Positions 36,525-45,759 of a stretch of 64,000 nucleotides of DNA are shown here, piece by piece. The position numbers and the translations under genes are program-made. How positions within the stretch are numbered: position 1 is the stretch's first letter; each line of letters starts with the position of its first letter. This DNA comes from Thermodesulfobacteriota bacterium (GTDB taxonomy: Bacteria; Desulfobacterota; BSN033; UBA1163): contig JAOAHX010000008.1 in the NCBI GenBank assembly GCA_026415035.1, positions 16,270 through 80,269 on the forward strand, written 5' to 3'. The notes beneath the pieces were generated by a model. That model was given only the letters and a program-made list of their open reading frames with translations. It searched no databases and had not been told where the DNA came from.

Positions 36525-37154
36525 ATGAAGCTTACGTCATTATTCCCTTTACTTCTTATCGGGACCTTGATGAACCTGCTGATGATGCTTGAGAGGGTTC
36601 CTCCAGTTGGAGCAAATCCCCTGACCCAAACCACATCTGCCTTTGATAAAGAGCTCCTCGAGGCCAGGAGAATTGCCAATGAGCTGATGGAGACCGTCCG
36701 TGGGCTTTTAATGCAGGAGATTCAGAAGGGAGGTTTCGAGGGCGCAGTCCGCGTCTGTTCCGAGCTGGCCCAGGAGATGACGGCCCGCCTCTCGAGCCAG
36801 ACCGGCCACCAAATCCGGAGGGTTAGCCTCAGGTACCGGAACCCCAAGAATATCCCAGACCCGTACGAGGCAAAAAGGTTACAGGAGCTCGATCGCCTCA
36901 ACCGGGAGAAAAGACTCCCTGAGGAGACCTTTGAGATCGTCGAAGAGGGCGGGGTCAAATATCTCCGTTATCTCAAACCCCTGACGGTCGCCCCTCTCTG
37001 TGTGACCTGTCATGGACCCAAGGAGAATATCCCCTCCGATGTCCAGGCCATCTTGAGGGAGAAGTATCCGGAGGATCGGGCCACGGGATTCCTCGTCGGA
37101 GACCTTCGGGGAGCCATCAGCGTGAAAATCCCCCTATCGGAGAGTCGGAGGTAG
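36525..37154 (+). CDS. DUF3365/Tll0287-like monoheme c-type cytochrome
   Basis: AVRVC, RRVSLRYRNPKN.PD, CVTCH, YPEDRATGF..GDLRGA. Confidence 0.85.
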   Translation: MKLTSLFPLLLIGTLMNLLMMLERVPPVGANPLTQTTSAFDKELLEARRIANELMETVRGLLMQEIQKGGFEGAVRVCSELAQEMTARLSSQTGHQIRRVSLRYRNPKNIPDPYEAKRLQELDRLNREKRLPEETFEIVEEGGVKYLRYLKPLTVAPLCVTCHGPKENIPSDVQAILREKYPEDRATGFLVGDLRGAISVKIPLSESRR

Positions 37155-37187
37155 GGGAGGACGAGAGGCGGCAGGAGAAAGGACGGG

Positions 37188-37352
37188 ATGGCCATCGACA
37201 AAGAGTCGCTCATCCGCCTCATCTGCGGCCATTGCGATTTTTACAAAGAATCCGAGAAGGATCTCGAATGCGGCGCCTTCAAGATCCTGAGAGCCCTTCT
37301 TGAAAAGGGGATCGTCACGCCGGAAGAGATCGAGGATGCCCTACGAAGGTAG
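37188..37352 (+). CDS. 54-aa Cys-motif protein, absent from the ORF track
   Basis: MAIDKESLIRLICGHCDFYKESEKDLECGAFKILRALLEKGIVTPEEIEDALRR; purine-rich RBS; overlaps the radical SAM start by 17 nt. Confidence 0.75.
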   Translation: MAIDKESLIRLICGHCDFYKESEKDLECGAFKILRALLEKGIVTPEEIEDALRR

Positions 37353-38511
37353 ATTCTTGACCCTCGCCCCCCATTGCACCCTCAAGAGGCTCGAAAAGCC
37401 CTACCTCTTCGATATCGAAAACGATCAGCTATACGAGCTGGGGGAGGAGGCCTTTCAATTCCTTTTGAAGGCTTCGAGGGGAGAACCCCTCTCGGCCACC
37501 GAAGAGGAAGAAGGGTTTCTCCACTACTGCCTCTCAGAGCAACTCGTCACGATCTCAGAGAGGCCGGTTCCGAGAACGTTCCGGTTGGATCCCTCGCCCG
37601 TTCCTTCTCTAAGGTATCTCGAACTCCTGATCACCGATCGCTGTAACCTCCGCTGTCGCCACTGCTATCTTGGAGAAGGGCGAGGCCAGGATCTCCCTTT
37701 CGTAACCATCCTCAAGGTCCTCGAAGAGTTCGAATCGATCCAGGGGCTCAGGCTCCTCCTTTCTGGTGGAGAACCCCTGCTTCATCCCGACTTCTGGGCG
37801 ATCAATGACGTTTTAACGAATTACCCATTCCGATCCGTCATGCTCTCCAACGGGACGTTGATAACCGAGAACGTCGCCCGGAGGCTTCGCCTCCACGAAG
37901 TCCAGTTGAGCCTCGACGGGATGAAGAAGGGACACGAAGCGATCCGGGGAGAAGGGACCTTCGAAAAGGTCCTCCGGGCCATTGACCTCCTCCAAGAGGC
38001 CGGTCTCCGGGTCTCGATCGCCACGATGATCCATCGAAAAAATTTAGAGGAGTTCGAGGAGCTGGCCTCCTTGCTTCAGTCCAAAGGGATCGAGGAGTGG
38101 AATGTTGATATCCCATGTCCCGCGGGCAGACTCGAGGAGAGTCAAGACCTCTGGGTCTCGCCCGAGGAAGGAGGCCCTCTTTTGCGCTACGGATTCGGGG
38201 GAGGATTTCACGGTTCGGAGCATAGGGAAATCTGCGGCGCCCACCTCTGCGCAGTCCTTCCGGACGGAACCGTCGCCAAATGCGGTCTCTTCGGCGACGA
38301 ACCCCTCGGCACGATCGAAGAGGGGCTGCGGGTCTGCTGGGAGCGGATGGCCCGAATCCCCCTCGATCGGTTGAAGTGCCGGTGCGAGGTGATCGAGGAG
38401 TGCCGAGGAGGATGCCGCTTTCGGGCCAAAAGGCTCGGAGATTTTTATGGGCCGGACCTCTACCAATGCTTCGCCCGCGGGGTTCTCCCTTCCACCTCCG
38501 AATCTCCTTGA
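37336..38511 (+). CDS. Radical SAM/SPASM-domain protein
   Basis: CNLRCRHC, SGGEPLLH, SLDG..H..IRG; C-terminal CGAHLC..DG..AKC...CRC..ECRGGC..QC; N-terminal ~90-aa extension. Confidence 0.88.
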   Translation: MPYEGRFLTLAPHCTLKRLEKPYLFDIENDQLYELGEEAFQFLLKASRGEPLSATEEEEGFLHYCLSEQLVTISERPVPRTFRLDPSPVPSLRYLELLITDRCNLRCRHCYLGEGRGQDLPFVTILKVLEEFESIQGLRLLLSGGEPLLHPDFWAINDVLTNYPFRSVMLSNGTLITENVARRLRLHEVQLSLDGMKKGHEAIRGEGTFEKVLRAIDLLQEAGLRVSIATMIHRKNLEEFEELASLLQSKGIEEWNVDIPCPAGRLEESQDLWVSPEEGGPLLRYGFGGGFHGSEHREICGAHLCAVLPDGTVAKCGLFGDEPLGTIEEGLRVCWERMARIPLDRLKCRCEVIEECRGGCRFRAKRLGDFYGPDLYQCFARGVLPSTSESP

Positions 38512-38571
38512 CATGGACGAGGGATTTGATATATTGGGAGGCATAATTCCAAGGTTTAAAGGAGGGGAAGC

Positions 38572-39534
38572 ATGAAACGCCTCATCGTCATCGGAATCCT
38601 TTTAATGCTTATTTGTGGAGTTTCCACCGCTTGGGCCCAGAAGGCGGTCCGCCTCTCCATCGCCACGGGCGGGACCGGAGGGGTTTACTATCCCCTTGGC
38701 GGCGGCATGGCCAGCCTCATCTCGAAATACATCCCCTATGCGGAGGCGACCGCAGAGGTGACCACGGCCTCCGTCGACAACGTCCGACTGATAGGCGCTG
38801 CCAAGGCCGATCTTGCCTTCACCATGGCCGATACCGCCTGGGATGCCTTCCAGGGAAAGGGGGTTTTCAAGGAGAAGATTCCCCTTCGGGCCCTCTTTGC
38901 CTTCTATCCCAACAACATGCACATCGTCACGGTGGAGGGCAGGGGGATTGAAAAGGTGGCCGACCTGAAGGGAAAGAGGGTCTCCACCGGCGCGCCTGGA
39001 AGCGGGACCGAAGTGATGGCCCTCAGGGTCCTCGAGGCCTTCGGCATCGATCCGGACAAGGACCTCAAGAGGGACAAATTGGGGGCCTCCGAGTCCGCAG
39101 GCGCTCTGAAGGACCGCAAGATCGATGCCTACTTCTGGGTGGGAGGCGTTCCGACCGCCTCTGTGACCGATGTGGCTGCCACGCCCGGGATGAAGATCAA
39201 ATTGATCGCCCATGACGAAGCCCTCCCCAAGATGAGAGAGAAGTACGGACCCCTCTACGTCAAGGGAACGATCCCGGCCAAGGCCTATCCGGGACAGGAC
39301 GTGGACGTGCCCATCGCCGTGGTCTGGAATCTTGTTGTTTGCCATGAGAATATGAAGGGCGACGTGGCCTATGACATCGTGAGGACGATGTTCGAGCGGA
39401 AATCGGAGCTTGTGGCCGTCCACAAGGATGCGGCTTGGCTTGCCCTTGAACCCCAGGCCGCTGGCGGCTCTCCGATCCCCTTCCATCCGGGGGCGGTTCG
39501 CTTCTACACCGAGAAAGGCCTGAAGATCCGATAA
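38572..39534 (+). CDS. TAXI-family TRAP solute-binding protein
   Basis: IATGGTGGVYYPLG, ASVDN, GAPGSGTE, PFHPGA. Confidence 0.93.
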   Translation: MKRLIVIGILLMLICGVSTAWAQKAVRLSIATGGTGGVYYPLGGGMASLISKYIPYAEATAEVTTASVDNVRLIGAAKADLAFTMADTAWDAFQGKGVFKEKIPLRALFAFYPNNMHIVTVEGRGIEKVADLKGKRVSTGAPGSGTEVMALRVLEAFGIDPDKDLKRDKLGASESAGALKDRKIDAYFWVGGVPTASVTDVAATPGMKIKLIAHDEALPKMREKYGPLYVKGTIPAKAYPGQDVDVPIAVVWNLVVCHENMKGDVAYDIVRTMFERKSELVAVHKDAAWLALEPQAAGGSPIPFHPGAVRFYTEKGLKIR

Positions 39535-40050
39535 TTGAAATTCAGACGCTGGCCCCTCCTGTCCTTGATCGGGTTCCTCATCGTGGCAGGAGGGGTCTTT
39601 GTTTCGACAGAGGTCACGGTCCTCCAACTTGAAAACCTGGACCGGCAGAAGATCCTGCGGATCAAGGTAAGCCCGGCCGAATCCCTCTCCCTTTCTTACC
39701 TCCATTCCATCTATCGCGAGCCCGTCGTGGAGGAATTTCGCCTGAGGGAGGGCGAATTCCTCCTTACAGGGGTGATTACGAGAAGCCCGGGCGTCATGGA
39801 GTATTACGGATTCGAGGAGGTGAGAGACCGCCATCCGGTCGAGAGGAGATGGGCCTTCCTCGATCTGAAGAGGACGCCGGGAGGAGAACAGGTCCTGATC
39901 GTCAAGGGAAGGCAAATCGAACTTAGGGATCTCGGAGAGGAAGGAGATCGAATCCGATTGAGGGTTCTCTCCCTGAGGCTCGGCCCTTATCTTTTGGGAT
40001 CAATCGACCAGCTCCTTTCTCCTCCTTTCCTGGGCCAGGAAAGGGAGTAG
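39535..40050 (+). CDS. DUF1850-like protein
   Basis: LSYLHSIYREPVVE motif; typical position directly after a TAXI binding protein. Confidence 0.65.
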   Translation: MKFRRWPLLSLIGFLIVAGGVFVSTEVTVLQLENLDRQKILRIKVSPAESLSLSYLHSIYREPVVEEFRLREGEFLLTGVITRSPGVMEYYGFEEVRDRHPVERRWAFLDLKRTPGGEQVLIVKGRQIELRDLGEEGDRIRLRVLSLRLGPYLLGSIDQLLSPPFLGQERE

Positions 40051-41289
40051 GTTTCCTTTGGGATCGAACCTCATCGGATAGGGGCCCTCCAAGACCCTCA
40101 GATCGGTCCTTTCGAGAAGCTCCTCCTTGTAGATTTCGGAAACCTCCACCTCGTCCACCTGGAGGGTGTTCTTGATTCGAACGATCCTGGCCCTCTCCGG
40201 CGGGGTGAGGCCAATCGAACCGAGGCCGACCTCGATCGCCTCTCGATCCGTCTCGAAGGCCATCGGAATCGCCGCCTTTTCGAGGCTGATGGCGGTGATG
40301 CAGTTCGTATAGGTGGCCCGAGGGTCGATCCTTTCGACCAGCCTTTTCGTGGTGAGGTCGGCCAGCCCGATGCCGATGGCGTTGCCGTTTGAATTGGGCG
40401 TCAGGTCCCGGACGAAGAGCCTCCTGACCGAGGTGGGATGGGGAAAGGTTCCGAGGATGTCCCGATTCCGTCCGGTGACGTTCGGGTCCATCCCGACACC
40501 GCTCACATCCTTTCCCATCTCGTCCACGATCAGCAGATCGATCTGGTCGAAGGGGAGTTTTGGCATCCACTGCTTCGCCTGAGCAAGAAGTTCGGGTTCC
40601 CGTTCCCTGATTTCCCTGGCCGAAAGGCCGACCAGCGCCGCAGTCTCGTCGTATCCATTTTCTATGATTCCGAGACCGAAGAGGATGGGCATCCTGTCGA
40701 GGACCACCGTGGCGACCTCCTCGATCACCTTAGGAAAACCGTGATCGATGGCGGCCCGATGGGCCAGTTCCGCGCCCTTCTGTTTCCCCATGCCGATGGC
40801 CATCATCTTCATCAACCCGCTCTCGATGGGCCCTTTGAACTTGGTATGGGGTTTGATCCGGTTGACCACGACGACATGGTCGGCTTCGAAGGCCTGCCTG
40901 TCGATATAGACCGGTAGGCCCGATCGGGTCCTTCCGATCTCGGCCACCTCCATGGAGGAGAGGATGGGAGCGCCGATCGCCTCCTCGGTGATCCGGTAAT
41001 GCCTGAGGAGGGCGACCTGCCCCTCTGCCGTCGCCCCTCCATGAGAACCCATGGCCGGAAAAAGGAAGGGTTGAGCACCGAGAAAACGGAGGTAATCGAC
41101 GAGGGTCTTGAGGATGAGGTCGATCTGGGAGATCCCCCGGCTTCCCGCGGTGATCGCCACCCGGTCACCCGGCCTCACCTTCTTTCTCAAGTCGTGCTTG
41201 GAAAGCTCCTCCCGGATCGTTCCCTCAACGTCTCCGACCGCGGTCCGATCGAAGGTCTGGCCGATACGGTACATCCTGGGAAGATCCAT
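40000..41289 (-). CDS. LarA/DUF2088-like (lactate racemase-related) protein
   Basis: VAITAGSRGI, PAMGSHGGATAEGQ, NRIKPHT, ESGLMKM.AIGMGK, GKDVSG.GMD. Confidence 0.75.
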   Translation of the reverse strand: MDLPRMYRIGQTFDRTAVGDVEGTIREELSKHDLRKKVRPGDRVAITAGSRGISQIDLILKTLVDYLRFLGAQPFLFPAMGSHGGATAEGQVALLRHYRITEEAIGAPILSSMEVAEIGRTRSGLPVYIDRQAFEADHVVVVNRIKPHTKFKGPIESGLMKMMAIGMGKQKGAELAHRAAIDHGFPKVIEEVATVVLDRMPILFGLGIIENGYDETAALVGLSAREIREREPELLAQAKQWMPKLPFDQIDLLIVDEMGKDVSGVGMDPNVTGRNRDILGTFPHPTSVRRLFVRDLTPNSNGNAIGIGLADLTTKRLVERIDPRATYTNCITAISLEKAAIPMAFETDREAIEVGLGSIGLTPPERARIVRIKNTLQVDEVEVSEIYKEELLERTDLRVLEGPYPMRFDPKGNLLPFLAQERRRKELVD

Positions 41290-41407
41290 GGACCAATTAT
41301 TCTTGATTTACCCATTGCTGTCAAACGCCTTGGGTCCCTCTTTCTCCTTGACATGAAAAAGCCTTTTTTATTATTTTGGAACTGCTTTTCAGGGAGAGAG
41401 GTGGGAA

Positions 41408-43351
41408 ATGGAAACCGAAGACCGACTGCAAAAGGACGAAGGCCTCATCACGGAAGAGGTCCTCAAGGAGGCGGAGAAGTATATCGAGGAGGAAGAGGGA
41501 CCATCCCGGAGGCTTTCGGGGAAGGTCGACCTCTTCGTCACCGTCGTGGCCGTGGTGATGTCCCTCGTCCATCTCTATGCCGCCATCGGCGTGGTCATGA
41601 CCCAGGTCCTCAGGGGCATCCATGTGATGTTCGTCCTCTTTCTCTCCTTTCTGGTCTTTCCTTCCTTTAAGCGATACAAAAACCGGATCATCTGGTACGA
41701 CTACCTCCTCGCCCTCCTCGGGGTGGCGGTGATCGCCTATATGTTTATCGATTTCCAGGAATTCATCTACCGGTCGGTCGTGCCCACGCGCTGGGACATC
41801 GTCTTCGGCACCCTCTTGATTCTCCTGGTCCTCGAGGCCACCCGGAGGACTACAGGCTGGATCATGCCGGCCATCGTCCTCCTCTTCATCGTCTATGCCT
41901 TCATCGGCCCCATCCTTCCAAAACCCTGGACCCATCGGGGGTATGACCTCGACCGGCTGGTGGGGCACATGTACATGACCCTCGAAGGGATCTTCGGCGT
42001 TCCGATCGACGTCTCCTCCACCTTCATCATCCTCTTCACCATCTACGGCGCCTTCCTCGAGGTGTCGGGGGCTGGGAAATTCTTCATCGACTTCTCTTTT
42101 GCGGCCATGGGGGGGAAACCGACCGGTGCCGGACGAACCGTCACGTTGGCCTCCTTTCTTCTCGGAGGGCCATCGGGAAGCGGTGTGGCAACGACCGTCA
42201 CCTTGGGTTCGGTCGCCTACCCGATGCTGGCCAAGGCCGGCTACAGCAAGGAGGCGGCAGGGGGGCTGCTCTCCGCAGGGGGCATCGGGGCCATCCTCTC
42301 GCCACCGGTGCTCGGCGCCGCGGCCTTTCTCATCGCCGAATTCCTGAAGCTCTCCTACCTCGATGTGATCGTCATGGCCTGCATCCCGACCTGTCTCTAT
42401 TATTGGTCGATCTTTCTCATGGTGGAGATCGACGCCAAGAAGTTCGGGGTGAAAGAGATTTCCGTGGATAAGACCTATAGCCTCTGGCAGCTCACCTACC
42501 TCTACGGCTTCCACTTCGTCTCCCTCATCGCCATCGTGGTGATCATGGTCCTCGGGTTCACGCCGATCCTCGCGGTCTTCTGGGCCACGGTCGTGGCCTT
42601 CGCCGTAAGCTTCCTCCGGAAGGATACGGCCCTTACCCCGCCGAAACTGGTGAGGGCCTTGCGAGGAGGGGCGATCGGCGTCCTGAGCGTGGCCTCCACC
42701 TGCGCAGCCGCAGGGATCATCGTAGGGGTGGTGACCCTCACGGGCCTGGGCCTCAAATTCAGCTCGATCATCATCGAATATGCGGGAGGAAGTCTGCTGC
42801 TGACGGCCATCTACACGGCCCTCATCGTCTGGGTGATCGGATTGGCCGTGCCCGTCACCGCCTCCTATATCATCGCCGCGGTGATCGCCGCGCCGGCGCT
42901 CATTCAACTCGGCGTCCCCGATTTTGCCGCCCACATGTTCGTCTTCTACTATGCGATCCTCTCGGAGGTCTCTCCGCCCACGGCCCTCTCCTGCTTCGCT
43001 GCGGCCGCCCTGACGAAGGGGAATCCCTACAAGACGACGATGTATGCTTGGAAATATACCCTTCCCGCCTTCATCGTCCCCTTCATGTTCACCCTCGATC
43101 CCAAAGGGGTGGGCATCCTTCTCAAAGGGTCCTTGACCGATGTCATCTGGACCACCGTGACCGCCTTCTTGGGGGTGGCGGCGCTTGCAGGGGGCGTGGA
43201 GAACTGGTTCTTCAAGAAGGCGCTCCCCTACGAGCGGGTCCTGTTGATCGTCGCAGGCCTCCTCCTCTTCTACCCTGTGGCACAATACGACTTCATCGGC
43301 CTGGGGTTGATGGCGATCGCCCTCGTCTCTCAGAAATTGAGAAGGGAATGA
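41408..43351 (+). CDS. TRAP transporter fused 4TM/12TM permease
   Basis: LEATRR, EGIFGVP, SGSGVA, PPVLGAAAFLIAE, AHMFVFYYA..SEVSPP. Confidence 0.93.
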   Translation: METEDRLQKDEGLITEEVLKEAEKYIEEEEGPSRRLSGKVDLFVTVVAVVMSLVHLYAAIGVVMTQVLRGIHVMFVLFLSFLVFPSFKRYKNRIIWYDYLLALLGVAVIAYMFIDFQEFIYRSVVPTRWDIVFGTLLILLVLEATRRTTGWIMPAIVLLFIVYAFIGPILPKPWTHRGYDLDRLVGHMYMTLEGIFGVPIDVSSTFIILFTIYGAFLEVSGAGKFFIDFSFAAMGGKPTGAGRTVTLASFLLGGPSGSGVATTVTLGSVAYPMLAKAGYSKEAAGGLLSAGGIGAILSPPVLGAAAFLIAEFLKLSYLDVIVMACIPTCLYYWSIFLMVEIDAKKFGVKEISVDKTYSLWQLTYLYGFHFVSLIAIVVIMVLGFTPILAVFWATVVAFAVSFLRKDTALTPPKLVRALRGGAIGVLSVASTCAAAGIIVGVVTLTGLGLKFSSIIIEYAGGSLLLTAIYTALIVWVIGLAVPVTASYIIAAVIAAPALIQLGVPDFAAHMFVFYYAILSEVSPPTALSCFAAAALTKGNPYKTTMYAWKYTLPAFIVPFMFTLDPKGVGILLKGSLTDVIWTTVTAFLGVAALAGGVENWFFKKALPYERVLLIVAGLLLFYPVAQYDFIGLGLMAIALVSQKLRRE

Positions 43352-44388
43352 TTCTCGGGACAAGGCTCCTCTTCGTCCTAACCTTTTTACCCTTGCTCAC
43401 GGGGTGCGGAAATCTCCTCTACCTTTCTCGATTGGGATGGCATCAGTCCTTTGTCACCTTTCGAAGCCTCCCCGTTGAAGAAGTCCTCGAGGAAGAGGGC
43501 CTCGACGAGGAGGCCCGAGGCAAGGTCCTCCTCATTCAGGAAGTGAAGCGGTTCGGAGAGAGGCGATTGGGACTGAAGGAGACGGGAAACTATACCAAAT
43601 TTTTCGAGGCCAGAGGGCCCATCCTCTTCCTCCTCACGGCGAGCGAGAAAGACCGTCTTCATCCCCATTCGTGGCATTTTCCCATCATCGGAAGGGTGAC
43701 CTACAAGAGCATCTTCACCCTGAAGGCCGCCTTGAAGGAGAAGCGCCTCCTGGAAGGCCGAGGCTTGGACGCCTATCTTCAAGCGGCAGCTGCCTACAGC
43801 ACCCTCGGATGGCTGAAGGACCCCATCTTTTCGACGATGCTCACCTGGGACGTCCCCACCCTGGTCAACGTCATCCTTCACGAGATGGTCCATGCCACGA
43901 TCTATTTCAAAGGCGAGACCGATCTCAACGAAAAGATAGCCACCTTCATCGCCAATCAAGGAACTCTCCAATTCCTTTCCGAGAGATACGGGCCCGATTC
44001 GAGGGAGGTCTCCCTTGCCCTGCAGTATCAAGAAGACGACCTCCTCTTTTCCCGGTGGGTCGAAAAGGCTTACCGGGAGTTATCCGAATTTTACGCTCAA
44101 CCCCTGTCAAGGGAGGAGAAATTGAAGGGACGGGAGGAGATCTTCGAGCGGCTCCGGGAGCAATTTGTCCAATTGCTGGGCCAGTTCAAAACGGACTGTT
44201 ATAGGGGATTCGAGAAGACGGAGTTCAACAACGCCGTGATCCTGGCCCACCGTCGATACGTCGGCCACCTCGAGGGCTTCGAGGAGCTTTACGAGCGATC
44301 GGGGAGAGAGCTGAAAAAGGTCGTGGATTACTTTAAGGAGATCAGGGCGAAGGGCGATTGGAAGGCCCTTTCCCCATTCAAGGAGTGA
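43348..44388 (+). CDS. Putative zinc aminopeptidase lipoprotein
   Basis: ATGA-coupled start; lipobox LLTGC; W.FPIIG.V.Y, AYSTLGW..DP, HEMVH, NE..A. Confidence 0.82.
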   Translation: MILGTRLLFVLTFLPLLTGCGNLLYLSRLGWHQSFVTFRSLPVEEVLEEEGLDEEARGKVLLIQEVKRFGERRLGLKETGNYTKFFEARGPILFLLTASEKDRLHPHSWHFPIIGRVTYKSIFTLKAALKEKRLLEGRGLDAYLQAAAAYSTLGWLKDPIFSTMLTWDVPTLVNVILHEMVHATIYFKGETDLNEKIATFIANQGTLQFLSERYGPDSREVSLALQYQEDDLLFSRWVEKAYRELSEFYAQPLSREEKLKGREEIFERLREQFVQLLGQFKTDCYRGFEKTEFNNAVILAHRRYVGHLEGFEELYERSGRELKKVVDYFKEIRAKGDWKALSPFKE

Positions 44389-44397
44389 TCCCTCTCG

Positions 44398-45510
44398 TTA
44401 TCTCTCCCGCTTCCCAGCGATGAACTCTTCCACCATCACCTTGGCCTCGTGATCGGGAATCTGGATCGGGGGGTGTTTCATCGCATAGGCCGAGATGGAG
44501 AGGAGGGGGCCGCCGATGCCCCGGTTTCGTGCGATCTTGCAGCAACGGATGGCGTCGATCGTGATCCCGCCGCTGTTGGGAGAATCTTCGACCGAAAGCC
44601 TCAATTCGAGATTCAGGGGGACCTCTCCAAATCCCCTTCCTTCCATCCGGAGAAAGCAGACCTTATTGTCGTTCTGCCAGGGGACGTAATCGGAGGGCCC
44701 GATGTGGATGTTTTCGGGCTCAAGCGGGACGCCGAGTTGAGACTGGATGGCCTCGGTCTTCGAAATCCGCTTGTTCTTCAGACGGCTCCGGTTGAGCATA
44801 TTGAGGAAATCGGTATTCCCCCCCGTGTTGATCTGATAGGTGCGATCCAGCTTCACCCCCCGGTCCTCGAAGAGTTTGGCCAGGGCCCGGTGGATGATGG
44901 TGGCCCCCATCTGAGACTTCACGTCGTCGCCCACGGCGGGGATCCCTTTCTCTTCGAATCGTTTGGCCCACTGAGGATCCGAGACGATGAAACTGGGCAT
45001 GCAGTTGATGAAACTCACGCCCGTATTTAGACAGGCTTCGGCATAGAATTGGGTGGCCTGATCCGAACCGACGGGAAGGTAGTTGAGGAGGATCTCCACA
45101 CCGGACTCCTTGAGGACCTTCTCCACGTTGCAGGGCTTCTCATTGGCCAGGAGGAAGGTTCGGTCTTCCGGATAGTCCTTCATGTGTTCCGAGATGCCAT
45201 CAAGCGGTTCGCCCATGGAGACGGTGACGCCGGAATCGTTGAACTGGGAGAAGAAGATACGGGTGCAGTTGGGTTTGGCGAAGATGGCCTCCCTCAAGGG
45301 TTTTCCCACCTTTCTTCGATCGATGTCGAAGGCCGCCCCCACTTCAATATCCCAAGGCTTGTAACCTCCGAGGTCGAGGTGCATCAGGCCCAAGGGCTCG
45401 AACTTTGGGTTTTTCCGAGAAAGATCTCTATAGAATTCAATCCCCTGAATCAGAGCACTGGCACAGTTTCCAACGCCGACGATGGCAATGCGGATCGAAT
45501 TCTTTTTCAT
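44398..45510 (-). CDS. ino1: myo-inositol-1-phosphate synthase
   Basis: GVGNCASALIQG, YLPVGS, GDDVKSQ.GAT, GGNTDFLNM, HIGPSDYV, DSPNSGG. Confidence 0.93.
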   Translation of the reverse strand: MKKNSIRIAIVGVGNCASALIQGIEFYRDLSRKNPKFEPLGLMHLDLGGYKPWDIEVGAAFDIDRRKVGKPLREAIFAKPNCTRIFFSQFNDSGVTVSMGEPLDGISEHMKDYPEDRTFLLANEKPCNVEKVLKESGVEILLNYLPVGSDQATQFYAEACLNTGVSFINCMPSFIVSDPQWAKRFEEKGIPAVGDDVKSQMGATIIHRALAKLFEDRGVKLDRTYQINTGGNTDFLNMLNRSRLKNKRISKTEAIQSQLGVPLEPENIHIGPSDYVPWQNDNKVCFLRMEGRGFGEVPLNLELRLSVEDSPNSGGITIDAIRCCKIARNRGIGGPLLSISAYAMKHPPIQIPDHEAKVMVEEFIAGKRER

Positions 45511-45759
45511 AAGTCATCAACCTTTCTGACGAAACCCCATTTTTTACAACTAAACTTACTATCTCATTTCAACCCGGTTGTCAAGGAATTTGGAAAAGGG
45601 CAATTGACTCACATGCAATGTTACTCCATGATATCCCATCGCGATTTTTTTAAGCTATGGAATTTGGCCTGAAACGCCCACTTTTGACAAATCCGATGAG
45701 GTTTGGTACCTTTTTTGTAAGGGAATGATGCTCCATCTGACCCCCGACCTTCATCTCCT

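Noticed and set aside
38602..39915. 437-aa minus-strand ORF
   Set aside because: Antisense to the TAXI binding protein and DUF1850-like gene.
43048..43347. N-terminal extension of the aminopeptidase
   Set aside because: Overlaps the TRAP permease; the lipoprotein signal begins at the ATGA-coupled ATG 43348.
41321..43363. 680-aa minus-strand ORF
   Set aside because: Antisense shadow of the TRAP permease; no motifs; expected from GC-rich codon bias.
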